A DNA stretch of 64,000 bases from Eledone cirrhosa (Eukaryota): positions 25,234,001 through 25,298,000 of the forward strand of contig OZ024750.1 in NCBI GenBank assembly GCA_964016885.1, given 5' to 3'. Below the pieces are notes generated by a model that worked only from the letters and a program-made list of their open reading frames with translations, searched no databases and was not told the origin of the DNA. This document shows positions 1 through 13,893 of this stretch, one piece after another. The stretch's first letter is position 1. Every line of letters begins with the position of its first letter. Made by a program: the position numbers and the translations under genes.

Positions 1-320
1 ACCCACACCTGCCATAGGTGTAACAACCTCTCTAGTGTTGGTGCCATGATAAAACCCACACCTGCCATAGGTGTAACAACCTCTTTAGTGATGGTGCCAT
101 GATAAAACCCATACCTGCCATAGGTGTAACAACCTCTTTAGTGATGGTGCCATGCTAAAACCCATACCTGCCATAGGTGTAACAACCTCTTTAGTGATGG
201 TGCCATGCTAAAACCCATACCTGCCATAGGTGTAACAACCTCTTTAGTGATGGTGCCATGATAAAACCCATACCTGCCATAGGTGTAACAACCTCTCTAG
301 TGTTGGTGCCATGATAAAAT
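1..320. repeat. 53-bp minisatellite, about 6 copies, truncated by the window start
   Basis: Unit acccatacctgccataggtgtaacaacctctttagtgatggtgccatgataaa recurs with period 53. Confidence 0.92.
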
Positions 321-1062
321 CCATACGGTAAATTCCACGAATGTATGTGAGTATTATGCAGGCCTCTAACCTGTCTGAGCACTTGGTAAAGTGTGAGAAC
401 ATATGTAGGCGAGACATGGGTCCCCTGTATATTTGAGTGGTCAGTAGCTCTGTTGACCACTGACTTGGTCTATGATGACTCATTCAACCCTTACTAATAG
501 GGAAAATGGATGTTAAATGATGATGATGATGATGACTTATAAATTACTCAGAGCTATGACATAAATCTAAAATGAAGAAATATAATTGAAAGAACAAATA
601 TTTCAAAGATGACATAAAGATGAACTCTTGTTTGCTTTTATACTCACTGTGTTATATATGTCAACACTAACTTAACTATTGTGTTTCTTACAGATAGCAT
701 CCCTGAGAATTTAACCTTGGGGATATATTTGTTTTTCATATCTTTTATTGAGAACTCACATCCATGTCTTAAACAATATTTCTTTGGACTGATTGGCAGA
801 ATCTACCGCTTCATCTTTCAAATCATTGGCAGAATCTCCTGCTTCGTCTTTTCATTGTTTGCCGGATCTACTGCTTTTCTTTCAAATGATTAATCATTTT
901 ATTTATAGATTGCCAAGTCTTTTATCAAAGATTATTTTTATTGTTTTCTTGAGCAAAGATGGAATTGTTTCATCTATAATTTTTAACATAATTTTTTTAA
1001 TCACCTACTTATCAAACCCTTTTGTTATATCACTGCCTTGTGTAGTTGTAGGCTTTCTTTAA

Positions 1063-1270
1063 TGGTTTCTGATTCAAACACAAAACCACCAAATTTTAGA
1101 GGAGGGGTAAGTCGATTAAATTGACTCCTGTACATTACTGGTACTTTATTTTATCGACCCTGTAAGGATGAAAGGCAAAGCTAACATTGGCGAGATTTGA
1201 ACTTAGAATATAAAGAGCTGTAACTATCTGCAGCAATGCATGTTGTTTGACACTCTACCAATTACAGCCA
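1063..1270 (-). mobile_element. Diverged tRNA-derived SINE (family A)
   Basis: Contains ctggtactttattttatcgaccc..taaggatgaaaggcaaag..ggcgagatttgaact, the reverse complement of the family A body at 40537-40721. Confidence 0.75.
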
Positions 1271-1737
1271 TATATAATGAATGTTATGGTCAATAGTCTT
1301 GTATCTAGAATGTAACAACTTTAATCCTTCTGTTTCATATAATATTTTATACAGTATCTTCTATTTCAATACCTTTGGCAATGTTGAACTTTAATGACTG
1401 TACTACATGTACTACATGCCATTATTTTGAACTGTTTCCAAAGAAAGAATATATTTATACATACAATATATTTGTTATGTGTAAGTAAGTAAGACTTCCT
1501 TTACAAAAGTGAATATCCTGAGAGAGGTAGTGTGTATGTAATTGAAGAAGGAGAGTGTGACAAACATTGAGTATTTGACACTGCAAGAACACTTAAACAC
1601 TGATGTTCTTCCTATTCTAAAGGACAGATTATTTCTTATCATCATCGCCGTCGTCATCATCATTTAATGTCTGTTTTCCCTGCTAGCATGGGTTCTGTAT
1701 ATTAAGTAAAACAAAATATAACAATTATAATCATCAC

Positions 1738-2030
1738 CATCATTGCCGTTTTACGTCCATTCTTCCACGTTAGCATGTGTTAGACGAATTGTCCTGTTGT
1801 GGGCAATGCCTTGCTTATACAGAACTTATTTTGGCTTAGTTTCTGCAGCTGGATGCCCTTCCTAATGCCAACCTCATTTACAGTGCGTACTGGGTGCTTT
1901 TTGTCATGATACCTACACGACCACTTTACAGTGTAGACTGGGTGCTTTTTGTTCTGACACCTACACGACCACTTTACACTGAGGACTGGGCGCTTTTTGT
2001 TGTCATACCTACACTCGTGACACCTATAAT
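1738..2030 (-). mobile_element. SINE family B (gcatgg..ggacgttaaa(tga)n tail)
   Basis: ttttacgtccattcttccacgttagcatg...gctggatgcccttcctaatgccaacc...ctgggtgcttttt with a triplicated internal segment. The same motifs recur many times in the window. Confidence 0.78.
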
Positions 2031-2100
2031 ATAGAAATAAATCCAATAAACATCAATAATTCAGATATGTGTTTCTATCTTCATTGTCCTTTAGCATAAT

Positions 2101-2284
2101 TGTTTCTACTTTAGGCACAAGGCCAGCAATTACCCAGTGCATTACTGGTACTTTATTTTATCTACCCCGTAAGGATGAAAGGCAAAGTCAACCTCGGCGG
2201 GATTTGAACTCAGATCGTAAAGGGACATAACTATGCTGGAAAGCATGGCGTCCGACCCTCCACCGATACTGCCAATCCACCGCC
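2101..2284 (-). mobile_element. Full-length tRNA-derived SINE (family A) with 19-bp TSD
   Basis: Flanked by cattgtcctttagcataat at 2082-2100 and 2285-2303. Carries a B-box-like gagttcaaatccc on the minus strand. Confidence 0.9.
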
Positions 2285-2489
2285 CATTGTCCTTTAGCAT
2301 AATGGTAACATGTTTGTACAATATTTGAGAAATATGGGGTTCAATTCCTCAGATGTCTACGTCCACTTTTTCCCTATTTAACCCATACAACCATGGAAAA
2401 TAGATGTTAAATGGCGATGGTTGTATTTTCACATAGTTATTGGTCATCAGCAGTTGTACCACTTAACCGCCGTGACTGCTCTTATAATA

Positions 2490-2667
2490 ATGGTTTCTAC
2501 AAAGCCAGCAATTACCCCAGCGTATTACTGGTACTTTATTTTATTGACCCCCGTAAGGATGAAAGGCAAAGCTAATCTCTGCGGGATTTGAACTCAGAAC
2601 GTAATGGTCCATAACTCTATGCCTTAAAGCATGTTGTTTGATGCTCTAACAAGACTGCCAATCCACA
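2490..2667 (-). mobile_element. SINE family A copy
   Basis: Same body as 2101-2284. Confidence 0.8.
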
Positions 2668-3080
2668 ATAATGTTTTTTCTGTTTGTCCTTAATGTTCTA
2701 TTTAGTGCTATATATGTCAATGAGCTGAACAGACCTCTCTTGATTTTGTTTGAAATCAGCTTGTCAACATTAGTTACTCTCTTTTATCTATCAGATCCAC
2801 TTTGATGGTTTGTTGTTAAGTAACTATAAAAATATAATAAAGAAACCCACTAACATTCACACGCTCAACAGGAAATTCTTCTTTTAAAATAATTGGTACC
2901 TGTGATATCTGTGGGTCTTGAAAGGGATTTAAAATATTTCCTGTGTATTTATGATTTCAGAAATTTCACCAAAGAATAGAAATTATTAAGGTTCCTTGGC
3001 TTAATGGTTTAAAGATCGTGGCTGGTACCTGAGAGATATGGGGTTTGATTCTTCATAGTGGCCAATGGCAACTTCTTTAT

Positions 3081-3266
3081 AGGGTGGTGGATTGGTAATA
3101 TTGGTAGAGGGTCGGACGCCATGTTTTGCAGCATAGTTACAGCCCTTTATGGTCTGAGTTCAAATCCTGCTGAGGTTAACTTTATCTTCTTTTACAAGGT
3201 CGATAAAATAAAACATCAGTAATGCACTGGATAATTGCTGGCCTTGTGCCAAAAGTAGAAACAATT
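3081..3266 (+). mobile_element. SINE family A copy, opposite orientation to the 2.1 and 2.5 kb copies
   Basis: gggtggtggattggtaatattggtagagggtcggacgccatg...gagttcaaatcc...gctggccttgtgccaaaagtagaaacaatt. Confidence 0.85.
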
Positions 3267-6200
3267 ATTTAGTGAAGTTTATATTAATTAATTATTGTAG
3301 TAGTGAAGAATTTTCTGTGTTTTTGTAATATAGTATTGTTTACATGAACTAATCAGCTATTTGTTGGAATTGTTGTAGCAGTCAAGTTTATGCTAACTAG
3401 CCCTTCCTTAAACAAACTACAAAATTGAAGGCGTTGCTTATTTACATAGACTGAAGCCAAAATAATGGTTTTAAGGAGGTCAGAATACACTATTACTATA
3501 ATTATATAACTGTTTCTTAAAATAAATATATGCCAAATTTTAGTTTTGTTGTGTGTGTATCACATGATGAACTGTGATGAATGGTGAAGCACTGTAGTAG
3601 AACAAACCCGACAAACCCATGCCAGTATTAGAAAATAGACAATGATGATAATAATCTATGATATGCTCTATAACCATTTTATTGGTTTCAAATATCATAA
3701 GCTGTGTTGATGTCTCATTTTTATTTATTCATGTCAGTAAAGTATATATTAGTACACAAGCCATGTGCTACCTAGTCATCCTGTCCAGACAGGCACTGCA
3801 TATCTAGGTCTATATTATAGATAACAATAAAAAGATAAAGCAAACACAGTAATGTCTAAACATAATAGAAATCAATGTTATTTTAGCTTTGAGTAACAAG
3901 TAAAGATTACTATATTAGATAATAATTTGTCATTAATGAGATCTGTTAATTTCTAATCAGTGTCAATATTTGGTTAAGAGATGATTTGGTTTTATTCTAT
4001 GTCTTTTATTTTTATTTAGTCGTAGTAAGGACTAGAATGGCAAAGTCTACTGGTTTGTTTTAAAGTCTTCTTAAACTGGTCAATAGGAAAACATTACTAA
4101 CGGTTTATATGATGATTGCTAGGTGAAGAAATGCCAGGAAATCTCAGTGGAAGGAAGCCCTGGGCAGAAGTTGTAGGAGCTGATCTCAAATAAGTAAGAC
4201 TCACAGAAGAGATGATGAAGGAAGATTTGGGCAGAGGAGGTGAGAGCTGATCTCAAATCACTGAGACTCACAGAAGAGATCACGAAGGAATGCAGCATGT
4301 GGAGAGATTTTATACTGAAGAGGACCTGTCCAACCCATGCAAGCATGGAAAAACAGACTAAAAACAATGATGATGATGATGATGATACAGTTAATGTGTT
4401 GGGAGAAATAATGTTAGGAAGAAGGATTGGGGAAAAAAATATTTATTTAGCATGGGTCTGACAATTAGAAAATTATGGGACATGAAGCAGGAGTGAGTAT
4501 TGGAAGACATAACTAGTGCAGTTATCTGAATCAGAGTTTTGTTTCACTGGTAACCAACAACTCTGTCTGTTTTGTACATGAAAGAAGGGAGTTGCTGAAA
4601 GAGGAGAGAAGAGTAATTTATTATGGACTAGATACCAACCCATAATCAGTTCTGTGTGAGTGAAACACAATCCTCCAGCCTGATCTCTCACAAAGGGACA
4701 GCCCGTCCTACCCATGCTAGCATGGAAAATGGACATTAAACGACAATGATAATGATGATAGATACTAATAAACTAAATGTTGGTTGAAGATATAAAAGAT
4801 ATTCTACACAAAGTGACTTAGCTGGTGTAGATGTCTAAACTTTATTAGGTTTATAAGCTGTTCAAGATGATAAGTTACCTACTACACTAAAGATTCTCAC
4901 CAATTTATCAACTCTATCCAAGTTTAATCTATTTTTCTTTACAAAACAGAAACTATTACGAAATGAAATTAAGTTTATTGGTAAGATAAACAGTGGAGAG
5001 ATATTATATGTCTGTGTATATAAAACTGATTGTCATGTTATGCAATACAGTGGCTGAGAGGAAGTACCCCAGAGAAACATTCTATATACTAAATACACAT
5101 AAAGTCAGGTCTGACATGTGTATGTTGAGAAACTTTATTAAGCTGTCATTAATTGTCTAATTATGAGACAAATTCTTGCCATGGGCTTATTTACAATCTA
5201 AAAACAATAAATGAGATGAACTAATTAAAACTTTTGGAAAATATAGTTGATGTAAATGGGAGTGGATCCTGTCCTAAAAGCCAACTAGTGAAACAAAGAG
5301 CATGTTTTCATCTTATTACACCTCTTTAGCAAAAGGTATTTATTCTACTTAGTTAACAAGTGTTCAGTATACATATATACACATAAGAATATTTTCTCTA
5401 AATTTCAGTTTGTTGATTTTATTGGAGTTATCTCTCTTGCTTGTTGTTTTTACATTGTAAACACCTCTAGAAGGAGTTTTTGCTTACTAATTGCATAGAT
5501 AATCTCAGTTAATCCACATTTTTCAACTCATATTTCGTATGTGAAGCCCTGTCTTTATAAGATACATTGACATCAAATGGATATTAAAATATATTAGATA
5601 TCTTCATTATTGAAAATACAGAGATAATAAATAATTATATTTTATGGGTCTCTTTGATGATAATGAAGCAAATAATTTGTTGATAGTAAAGATATATTTT
5701 TATCTCCACATAATAATTGCAGCTGTTTTAGTAGAGTAGAAAACTGTTTCAACTTAGTACCTTAATGAATGTTGCTGTTGCTGCTGCTGTTGTTGCTGTT
5801 GTGTGTTGTCTAATTTTATCTAACTATTTAATCTTTTGTTAAAAAATGAGAGTAGAATATTTTACACAAATAAACTTTGCTATACAAAGGAAACACCTGG
5901 TACACCTTGTAAGGTGGTTGGCAACAGGAAGGGCACACTGCTGTAGAAACCATGCCTAAAAGGATTGAGAGGGCCCTTCAGTTGTGTCATTTGGAATATG
6001 GCAGTTAGTGTAATAAGAAATGTTAGATGTTTTAAAGTTAGTGGATATTTTATTTATAGGGGTCATTTGTGAATTTTCAGGGAGTAGGTTTACCCTATTG
6101 ATGAATATTGGGTTTCTAGGAAAAGAGAAATGTAGGTAGTTAAAAGGAGGAAGGTGGTGTATGATGTAGTGTGTCTCTCTGTAAAATCAGGATGGAATTA

Positions 6201-6764
6201 ACAGGTTCAAAATAAGATCAGTTGTCAAAAGTTCAGAAAGGTTCATAGAAAGGATAGATTGAAGCAAAGTTTGAGTGGAAATGGAATGGAAAGTTTCTTC
6301 TTTTCATTTGTTTATATTATATTTTATTAACATTTGCTACTGATGATGATGAATATCTTTTATTTACATTGAGTTGTTACTGCTGATGATGATGATGATT
6401 CTGAGAGCTATTGCTGCCCTAATTTTTAACTATTTACTACCATAAATTGGTAAACATTTCACCTGAGATTGTTTTCTCCTTAACAGAGTAGAAATAAGAA
6501 CCGTTTCCTTGTTTTTCTACAAGAAATATCCTGCATCTATTTTACCGTCCTCTACTTCCATATATTATATTTCTATTCTTATATAAAACCACTTAATCTA
6601 GCAATTCTCAAGGTCTTCCTTTTTAGTTTAGATGTTTTTCTTTTTTTTTTTTCTCTCTTTCTATATATCCCAACCAATTCAGCATTTATTATTTCTATTT
6701 TACTTTTTAGGTTCCAGGTTTCTTGATTTCATTTAAATACTTTTAGAAAATAGATGTTGATAGA

Positions 6765-7345
6765 CGATGATGATGATGGTGGTGGTCTTTATAATGATGA
6801 CGATGACGATGATGGTGGTGGTGGTCTTTATAATGATGACGATGATGGTGGTGGTGGTCTTTATAATGATAATGATGACGATGGTGATGGTGGTGGTCTT
6901 TATAATGATGACGATCGTGATGATGATGGTGGTGGTCTTTATAATGATGATGGTGGTGGTCTATATAATGATGATGGTGATGGTGGTGGTCTTTATAATG
7001 ATGGTGGTGGTGGTCTTTATAATGATGATGGTGGTGGTCTTTATAATGATGATGGTGGTGGTCTTTATAATGATGATGATGGTGGTGGTGGTCTTTATAA
7101 TGATGATGATGATGGTGGTGGTCTTTATAATGATGATGGTGATGGTGGTGGTCTTTCTAATGATTATGGTGATGGTGGTGGTCTTTATAATGATGACGGT
7201 GATGGTGGTGGTGGTCTTTATAATGATGACGATCATGATGGTGGTCTTTATAATGGTGATGATGATTGATAATGGTGGTGGTGGTCTTTATAATGATAAA
7301 GGTGATGTTGATGGTGGTGGTATTTATGATGATGATGATGATAGT
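6765..7345. repeat. Compound (GAT)n(GGT)n-CTTTATAAT minisatellite
   Basis: About 20 variable units of the form gatgatgatggtggtggtctttataat. Confidence 0.92.
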
Positions 7346-7635
7346 CTTTATATTGTTAAATCTTGGAAATTCAAAATTATTGATTTCTCATAAAGCCACA
7401 ACACCAATTTTTGTAGTGAGGGTATATATAGCTCATTGAATTGATTTTCTTATAGTTTTAGTACTTATTTTATTGAGAAAGGCAGTGTTGACTAAAGATA
7501 GTATTAATGCATTTAATTTGGTACTTGTAAGAAATATTGGGTGTTATGTAAGTTGTTGAGCTTCTCAGGTAATAAAAGGGAGTTTGATTCGTTAGGTGTT
7601 GACTATATTAACCTTCACTGATAACTACTTGTACA

Positions 7636-8125
7636 TCTTCTTCTTCTCCTCCCACTTATTCCTGAGAGGGTCCTCAAACACTCCTTCCAGTGGGTCCTGT
7701 CAGAAGCAACCATCTCCAATTGAACTGGCTGGATCTCCAAGCAAGACCAGTCAAGTTCATGGATGTTATCCAATCATCTTACTCGAGGTTTACACCTGGG
7801 TCCCATGCTGGTTGGTTTTGCCTGTAAAATCTATCCAGTGATTCTTTTCTGAGATATTCGAACCATATGCCCATATTATCGGAGCTGTGATCTCTTAATG
7901 TGGTGAAGTTGCAGCTCTACCTGGAGCAACTCTCTGATCTCTGAGCTACGCACTCTATTATGTAATGTTACTCCAAAGACCACCACCCACCTCCTCGGAG
8001 GAACCCCATTTTGGCCATTTGTATTCACAATCATATTCTTTTGGTCATTACTCAAGATCCATGACCATAGGTAAGGGTGGGCACAAATACTGAGTTGAAG
8101 ATAGCGAGTTTGGCTTTTAATTACT
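7636..8125 (-). mobile_element. Degenerate RTE-clade LINE 3' fragment
   Basis: Minus-strand translation ...LHNRVRSSEIRELLQVE...RSQLR*YGHMVR... resembles the RTE ORF C-terminus (LRW.GHV.R), followed by a (GAA)n tail. Contains stop codons. Confidence 0.72.
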
Positions 8126-9647
8126 ACCATGATTTAATAAATATGTGGTCACCTCTCATCATATAACACTTGTACCAGGTGGGGGAGGTGTTCTATACAC
8201 ACCAGAGAGTGTTCTCTCACACTGTCCAAGCTTGAATCCTTGGGGTAGCAATGGCATAGGTTGTTGATATCAACAACATTTCATAATAGCCAGTAATAAA
8301 TTAAGTTACAGATGTGGAAAGTCTGACATTTTATTATCGGGATGTCTGTTAATTATTTTGTATATATATGTAGGGACAGATTGACAAACAGAAGGATCTG
8401 TAACTCCTGCTGGAGTTGTATGGATGCCATAGTGACATACTGTATCTCTTGGACATTTGTTAAAGCTGGTGGAACACCCCCTCTCTCCAACTGAATACTT
8501 CCATAGAAAGAGCAAGGGAATGATAGAGAAGAAGTTAGAATGAGATATAGAAGAATTGACTAGAGTACTGAGCTGATACTTTTTTTATTGACCTTGAAAG
8601 GATGAAAAGCAAAGTTGACCTGGGCAGGATTTGAATTCAGAGAACAGAGAACCAGAACAAATTCTGCAAAGTATTCTATCTGACATTTTCACAACTCAAT
8701 TAATTGCCACATTTATACTATAAGTAAGATGGTTTATATTGTATTTAGAAAGAATTTCTAGTACATATGTCTTGAATAAACATTTACTAAGTAATGTTTG
8801 TAATGTTTATAAAGCATTGTAATTGAATTGAGAGAAAATATCTATATTTAGAGCTGGTAGAGTGCCAAGATGTACGTCAAACTTCATTAGAACATTGTTA
8901 GTTTATTTAGTCATCTGTGAGATCATTTAATTAAAAATCTTATAACGACTCAGCTCCCAAATGAATCATATTCCATTGTTCAACATTAATTCATAACCCA
9001 TGCTAGTGTGGAAAAATGGACTTAAAAGGATGATGATGATGATGATTTAACACAAACAAATGTAAATACGTCTGAAGGTATTGAGATAAAAAAATCAATC
9101 ATTATATAAAAATATTTTTATTGTCTCTTGAACATTTTTGAATTTTGTTTTATTCAAACTTATCAATGAACAGAATTATGAGTTGAGAAGTTTAATGATT
9201 GTCATAAAAAGATAATCAATATTATAATCATACTTATGATATTGATTTTTATTTTGAAATTTATTGTAAATTTGAAAACCTGTTAAACCTTTAATGTTTT
9301 AAGATCAAAAACATAATTAAGGTTATGAAGTAGGCCTCAGTAATATGGATTTAGTTAATCTCTGAAACAAACAAACACTATGCACATATATGCATGTGGA
9401 CACATAACATAAATTAAAAATTTGAAATAATCGTACCCATCAGAACTACACCCAATACATACACCCCTGTATAACAATAGTCAGACCCTTACTAATTACT
9501 GGTATAAAGGCGATAGATGTTCTCAAACTGCAGCTTCTTGTTTTTCTTCTCTTTCTCCTTCTTCGCCTTCCCCATTCTCATCTTCATCCTCTTGGGAGGG
9601 TCATGGGGGAAGAGTCCTCAAGCACCTCTTCCAGCAGGTCCTGTTAG

Positions 9648-9947
<300 letters not shown>

Positions 9948-10029
9948 TAAGTATTTCTTTCTATTCATATTTCAAATACTCTGTTTCAAATCACACTTCA
10001 AAGGATTACGTGGTGACATTCACATTTAA

Positions 10030-10237
10030 CCCTTTAGCATTTACTTTACTCTATATTTGCTATTATATTTTCATGGTAAAGGCTTTACTTCACATAATAT
10101 CGAATCTATGAGATTTTGACATTATTTATTTTGAGAACAATACCTTAACATCAGTATGAGTGGCCAGTTACAACTGGTTTGAACAGAAAAAGGTGAGAGA
10201 ATTTTGGCTGGATATGGCCAGTTTAAATGATAAAGGG
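10030..10237. mobile_element. TTAA-flanked (piggyBac-type) MITE
   Basis: TTAA at 10026-10029 and 10238-10241, TIRs ccctttagcattta / taaatgataaaggg. Related copies at 42619-42829 and 22945-23071. Confidence 0.85.
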
Positions 10238-10329
10238 TTAATGAAGTTCTTTTATTCCTAGAATCAGATAACTGGAATGATGTTTTGAAGAACTTATTTT
10301 GTGTTTTAAAAGTTGGCATCTGAGAGGTT

Positions 10330-10560
10330 TTGTCATGTTTACTGGATAAATTAACCTTGATAAGATGCAATTTGGCTTTGTGTCTGGGAGAAGTACCTCT
10401 GATGCCACCTTTCTGATGAGGCCGTATTTAGTTAAGAATAAACCACTATATTTAGCATTTGTTGACCTGGAAAAAGGTCTTTGGCAGGAACCCACATTTT
10501 GTAAATTGGTGGTCACTTAGGAAGTTTTGGGATAGAGAAATGGCTTGTAGAGTTGTACAG
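10330..10560 (+). mobile_element. Non-LTR (RTE-like) reverse transcriptase fragment
   Basis: Translates NLDKMQFGFVSGRSTSDATF...KNKPLYLAFVDLEKG, i.e. the QFGF..GRST.DA.F and AFVDLEKAFD motifs of LINE RT. Degenerate. Confidence 0.82.
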
Positions 10561-10992
10561 AGATGAAATTATGAAGCATGATCCCCAAATAACTAAACTT
10601 CATGAAAGAGATGACACAGGACCAAGCTGACTGGTGGTATGTCATCATACACAATACCTGTCCACCAGTACAAGATCTGTGACAGTAAAGATAAATGTGG
10701 TGAGAGAAAGGAGACTACAGAGTTTGGCAATAAAATGGGGACAATATCTCTAGGGTGAGTACCAGGATAAGATACCCCCAGTCCACCCTGTAAAGTAGTA
10801 GGACTGGTATTATGAAAAACACACCCAGAATGTGCCTGTAAGGTGGTTGGTGTTAGGACAGGTGTCCAGCCAGAGAAACCCTGCCAAATATGGAATGTAA
10901 TGAGCAAGACTGATCACTGGTCACTCCAACCTATCTAGTTTCAGACTGTGACAACCTGTCCAACACATGCCAGTGTGGAAAGAGGACATAAA

Positions 10993-11212
10993 ATGATGAT
11001 GATGATGATGATGGGGGTAGGGGTGATGATGGTGGTGATGATGATGGGGGTGATGGTGATGATGGTGGTGAGGATGAGGGTGATGGTGATGGTGATGTTG
11101 GTGACGGTGGTGAGGGTGATGGTGACGGTGGTGAGGGTGATGGTGATGTTGGTGACGGTGGTGAGGGTGATGGTGATGATGTTGGTGACGGTGGTGAGGG
11201 TGATGGTGATGA
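10993..11212. repeat. (GAT/GGT)n cryptic trinucleotide repeat extending a SINE tail
   Basis: Follows ccaacacatgccagtgtggaaagaggacataaaa. Confidence 0.85.
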
Positions 11213-12864
11213 TTTTGTATTTTTGTGCTAGTATGTATGTGAAAATATTTTTTTGGGGGGTGGTGGGGGATTTGTATGTACTGTAGTCTGCCATTTCTAT
11301 TGATAATCCACTGAGGTTTAGTAGCAGAACCAGTTACATGTAAAGAACACAGAGTTAAGTGTTTTGCTGAGACATGATATAGTAACTGTGGTAATGTTTA
11401 AACCCAGAAACCCTAGACTGGTATTCTATTTATTGACCCTGAAAGATTGAAAGGCTAAGTTGACCTTGGCAGGATTTAGACTCAGAGTATAAAGAGCTAA
11501 TAGAAAATATTGTAAAGAATTCCAGAAATTTTAATGCTTTAAATTCTCTGTCTTTTGTCAAGTTCCACCATTAATCAATGTCTAACTATACATGTTTGTT
11601 GATATAGCCATAGAATATAAAACTGTGATTGTTACTTCAACTGTTTCAATGTTTACTTTCAAACTCAGTGGCTTATATAGCTCTATATGCAAATGAGGAT
11701 AATCAGCCCATCTACATAGGCGAAAAAAAACCTATATATTTTCGTCTGTTTCAAGTTCCAACAGAGAGTAGAGGAAGCACTGTTCTGATGACAGCCAGAG
11801 CCAGAAATGTGCATTGAAAGTTGTCCCCCTGTTGTTTCTGCTGGAATCTGTTAGGCGACACTAGCAGTCAGCCTTTCAATATTCATAGCTAGAAGGTTTT
11901 GTAAATGTTTATTTATTAAACATACCATGTATCATTAGATATATGAAATTCATATATGTATGCAGCTATGTTGGAATGAACATTTTAATTTATATTACAA
12001 CATCTAGCAAAAGTTACTTCTTTAATCATAAAATTTCATTTTTGATTAATTGATAAACTTAAGAACTGAATTAAACTGTACAGTTTTCACATATAAGAAA
12101 TCCACTGAAAGATTTATTGCTGCCTTCGATCTTACTAATACATAATAATATTTTAGCAGTGTTTTTATTAGCTTTTAGCAGAATATCTAAACATTAAACG
12201 TGTATGTATATTTCTCAATAAAACTATACTCCATTGTTTCGGCTTGGCTGAGTGAGTAAACACAAAAGCTATTGTTTTCTAAGACTCTGAGCTGCATTCA
12301 AATTTTATTTGGTGCAGAGTTTTCCTAGATGACCATTAAACATGACAGCGGGTACTTAAATTTGATATGCTTTGTTCTTATTCATAATGAATATTGAATT
12401 TGATGTCTCAAGATTTTATAATATGAAGTCTTTCAATTTGATCAAAGTCATAGCTTGGAAGAACTTCATTAACAAGTAGTGTGACTTGATTTGTTCATTT
12501 CTCTATGAACTTTCTAATTGTTTTAATCCTTATTAAATCAGAAATAGTGTTGTGGAAAGTGATGTGTGTAAGATGACTAAAATAATGCAAACTGGATGGT
12601 AAGATAAAGGCAATGAAAAAGTTAGTTACCTGGTAATCTTCAAGTGAATAAACCAGAATGTTTTTTTTTTAGCCTTCTTACATATATATCACCTTCCACA
12701 TTATATACTATATAAAAGCTAACCTTGCCCAATTCCACTTCCCAAAGGCAATGACACAGGCTGAGACCTCTGGCGTTACGCATTAATACTGAAGACCCAA
12801 CTTCCCACAGGTACAAGCCGAAGCTGAAGCATATAGACAGTATTCCCCCCCCCCCACTCTAAAG

Positions 12865-13122
12865 CAGTCATGTAGGTGTCTTGACAAAAATCACCCAATC
12901 CACACTGTAAAGTGGTCGTGTAGGCGCCACAGTAAAAAAGCACCCAGTACCCACTGTAAATGAGGTTGGTGTTAGGAAGGGAATCCAGCTGTAGAAATCA
13001 AGTCAAAGTCAGTTCCATATGAACAAGACATGGTCACCTGACCTGGCATTGCCCACAACAGGACAACCCGTCTAACCCATGCCAGCATGGAAGAATGGAT
13101 GGAAAACGGTGATGATGATGAT
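12865..13122 (+). mobile_element. SINE family B copy
   Basis: aaaagcacccagtac...gttaggaaggg..tccagctgtagaaa...aacccatgccagcatggaagaatgga...(gat)n. Confidence 0.8.
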
Positions 13123-13527
13123 ACGATGCTTCAAGCAAACTACAACATTATATCAGAAATAGCGTTGATATCTTGTCATTTGATCTAGAATATTCTTCAT
13201 AGCAGAAAAATATGACATGGGTGTTTTATCTGATACCCTATTAACTCTACTAATTCTCAACCTTCTGTCAAGTTTGCAGCATTAATCAATGTCTAATTAT
13301 AAATATATATATATGCTAATATAATCATTGAATATAAAACTGTGATTGTTACTTGAACTGTTTCAATTAATTGAGATATGGCATATGGCAAGAGTTGTTT
13401 CTGTAGTCATTACTGTGTGTATAACAAAAGATTTGTATATTTATGTTACATCGTGATGATGTCTCTGGGACCACTGACTAGGATGACCACAGCCCCATCG
13501 AGCAAGGGCAATAGGTAGATAGATATA

Positions 13528-13893
13528 TTTCTTTATTTGCCACAAGGGCGCACAAGAAAAGGGGACAATACAAAGACACCTGCCGGGGATTTTACATACA
13601 ATCGTGTAAAAAAAAATATAAAACAAACAATTATAACAATCGAAATCCCCAATAGGGGGGGGGGAGACGCCACAAATGGGTTGTTTAATACCCCGTCGAT
13701 AGAACAACCCTCAACTTCAGGAGCGTGTTGTGCAAGTGCTCCCTTCTTCCTTTTGCTCTCTTCTTTAACCTACAGGCTTATAAACAGAGAAGGCCCAATC
13801 ACTCGGGCCATTTTCGCTTCATTCACCCACCTTTCAGTAAATTTACTGAGGTGCAGTGCCTCTCTCTCCACTCTGATTCTTTTTCTAAAGTGA
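13528..13893 (-). mobile_element. 5'-truncated L1/Tx1-like LINE 3' end
   Basis: Minus strand reads HFRKRIRVEREALHLSKFTERWVNEAKMARV, then a 3' UTR ending aataaagaaa. Homologous to 41963-42337 (FVERWVNVTRMVRV). The clade assignment is from recall. Confidence 0.62.

Noticed and set aside
6754-7393. Long ORFs encoding DDGGGLYN or MMVVVF repeats
   Set aside because: Translations of a GAT/GGT minisatellite that are open in several frames and on both strands, with no convincing splice context or homology.
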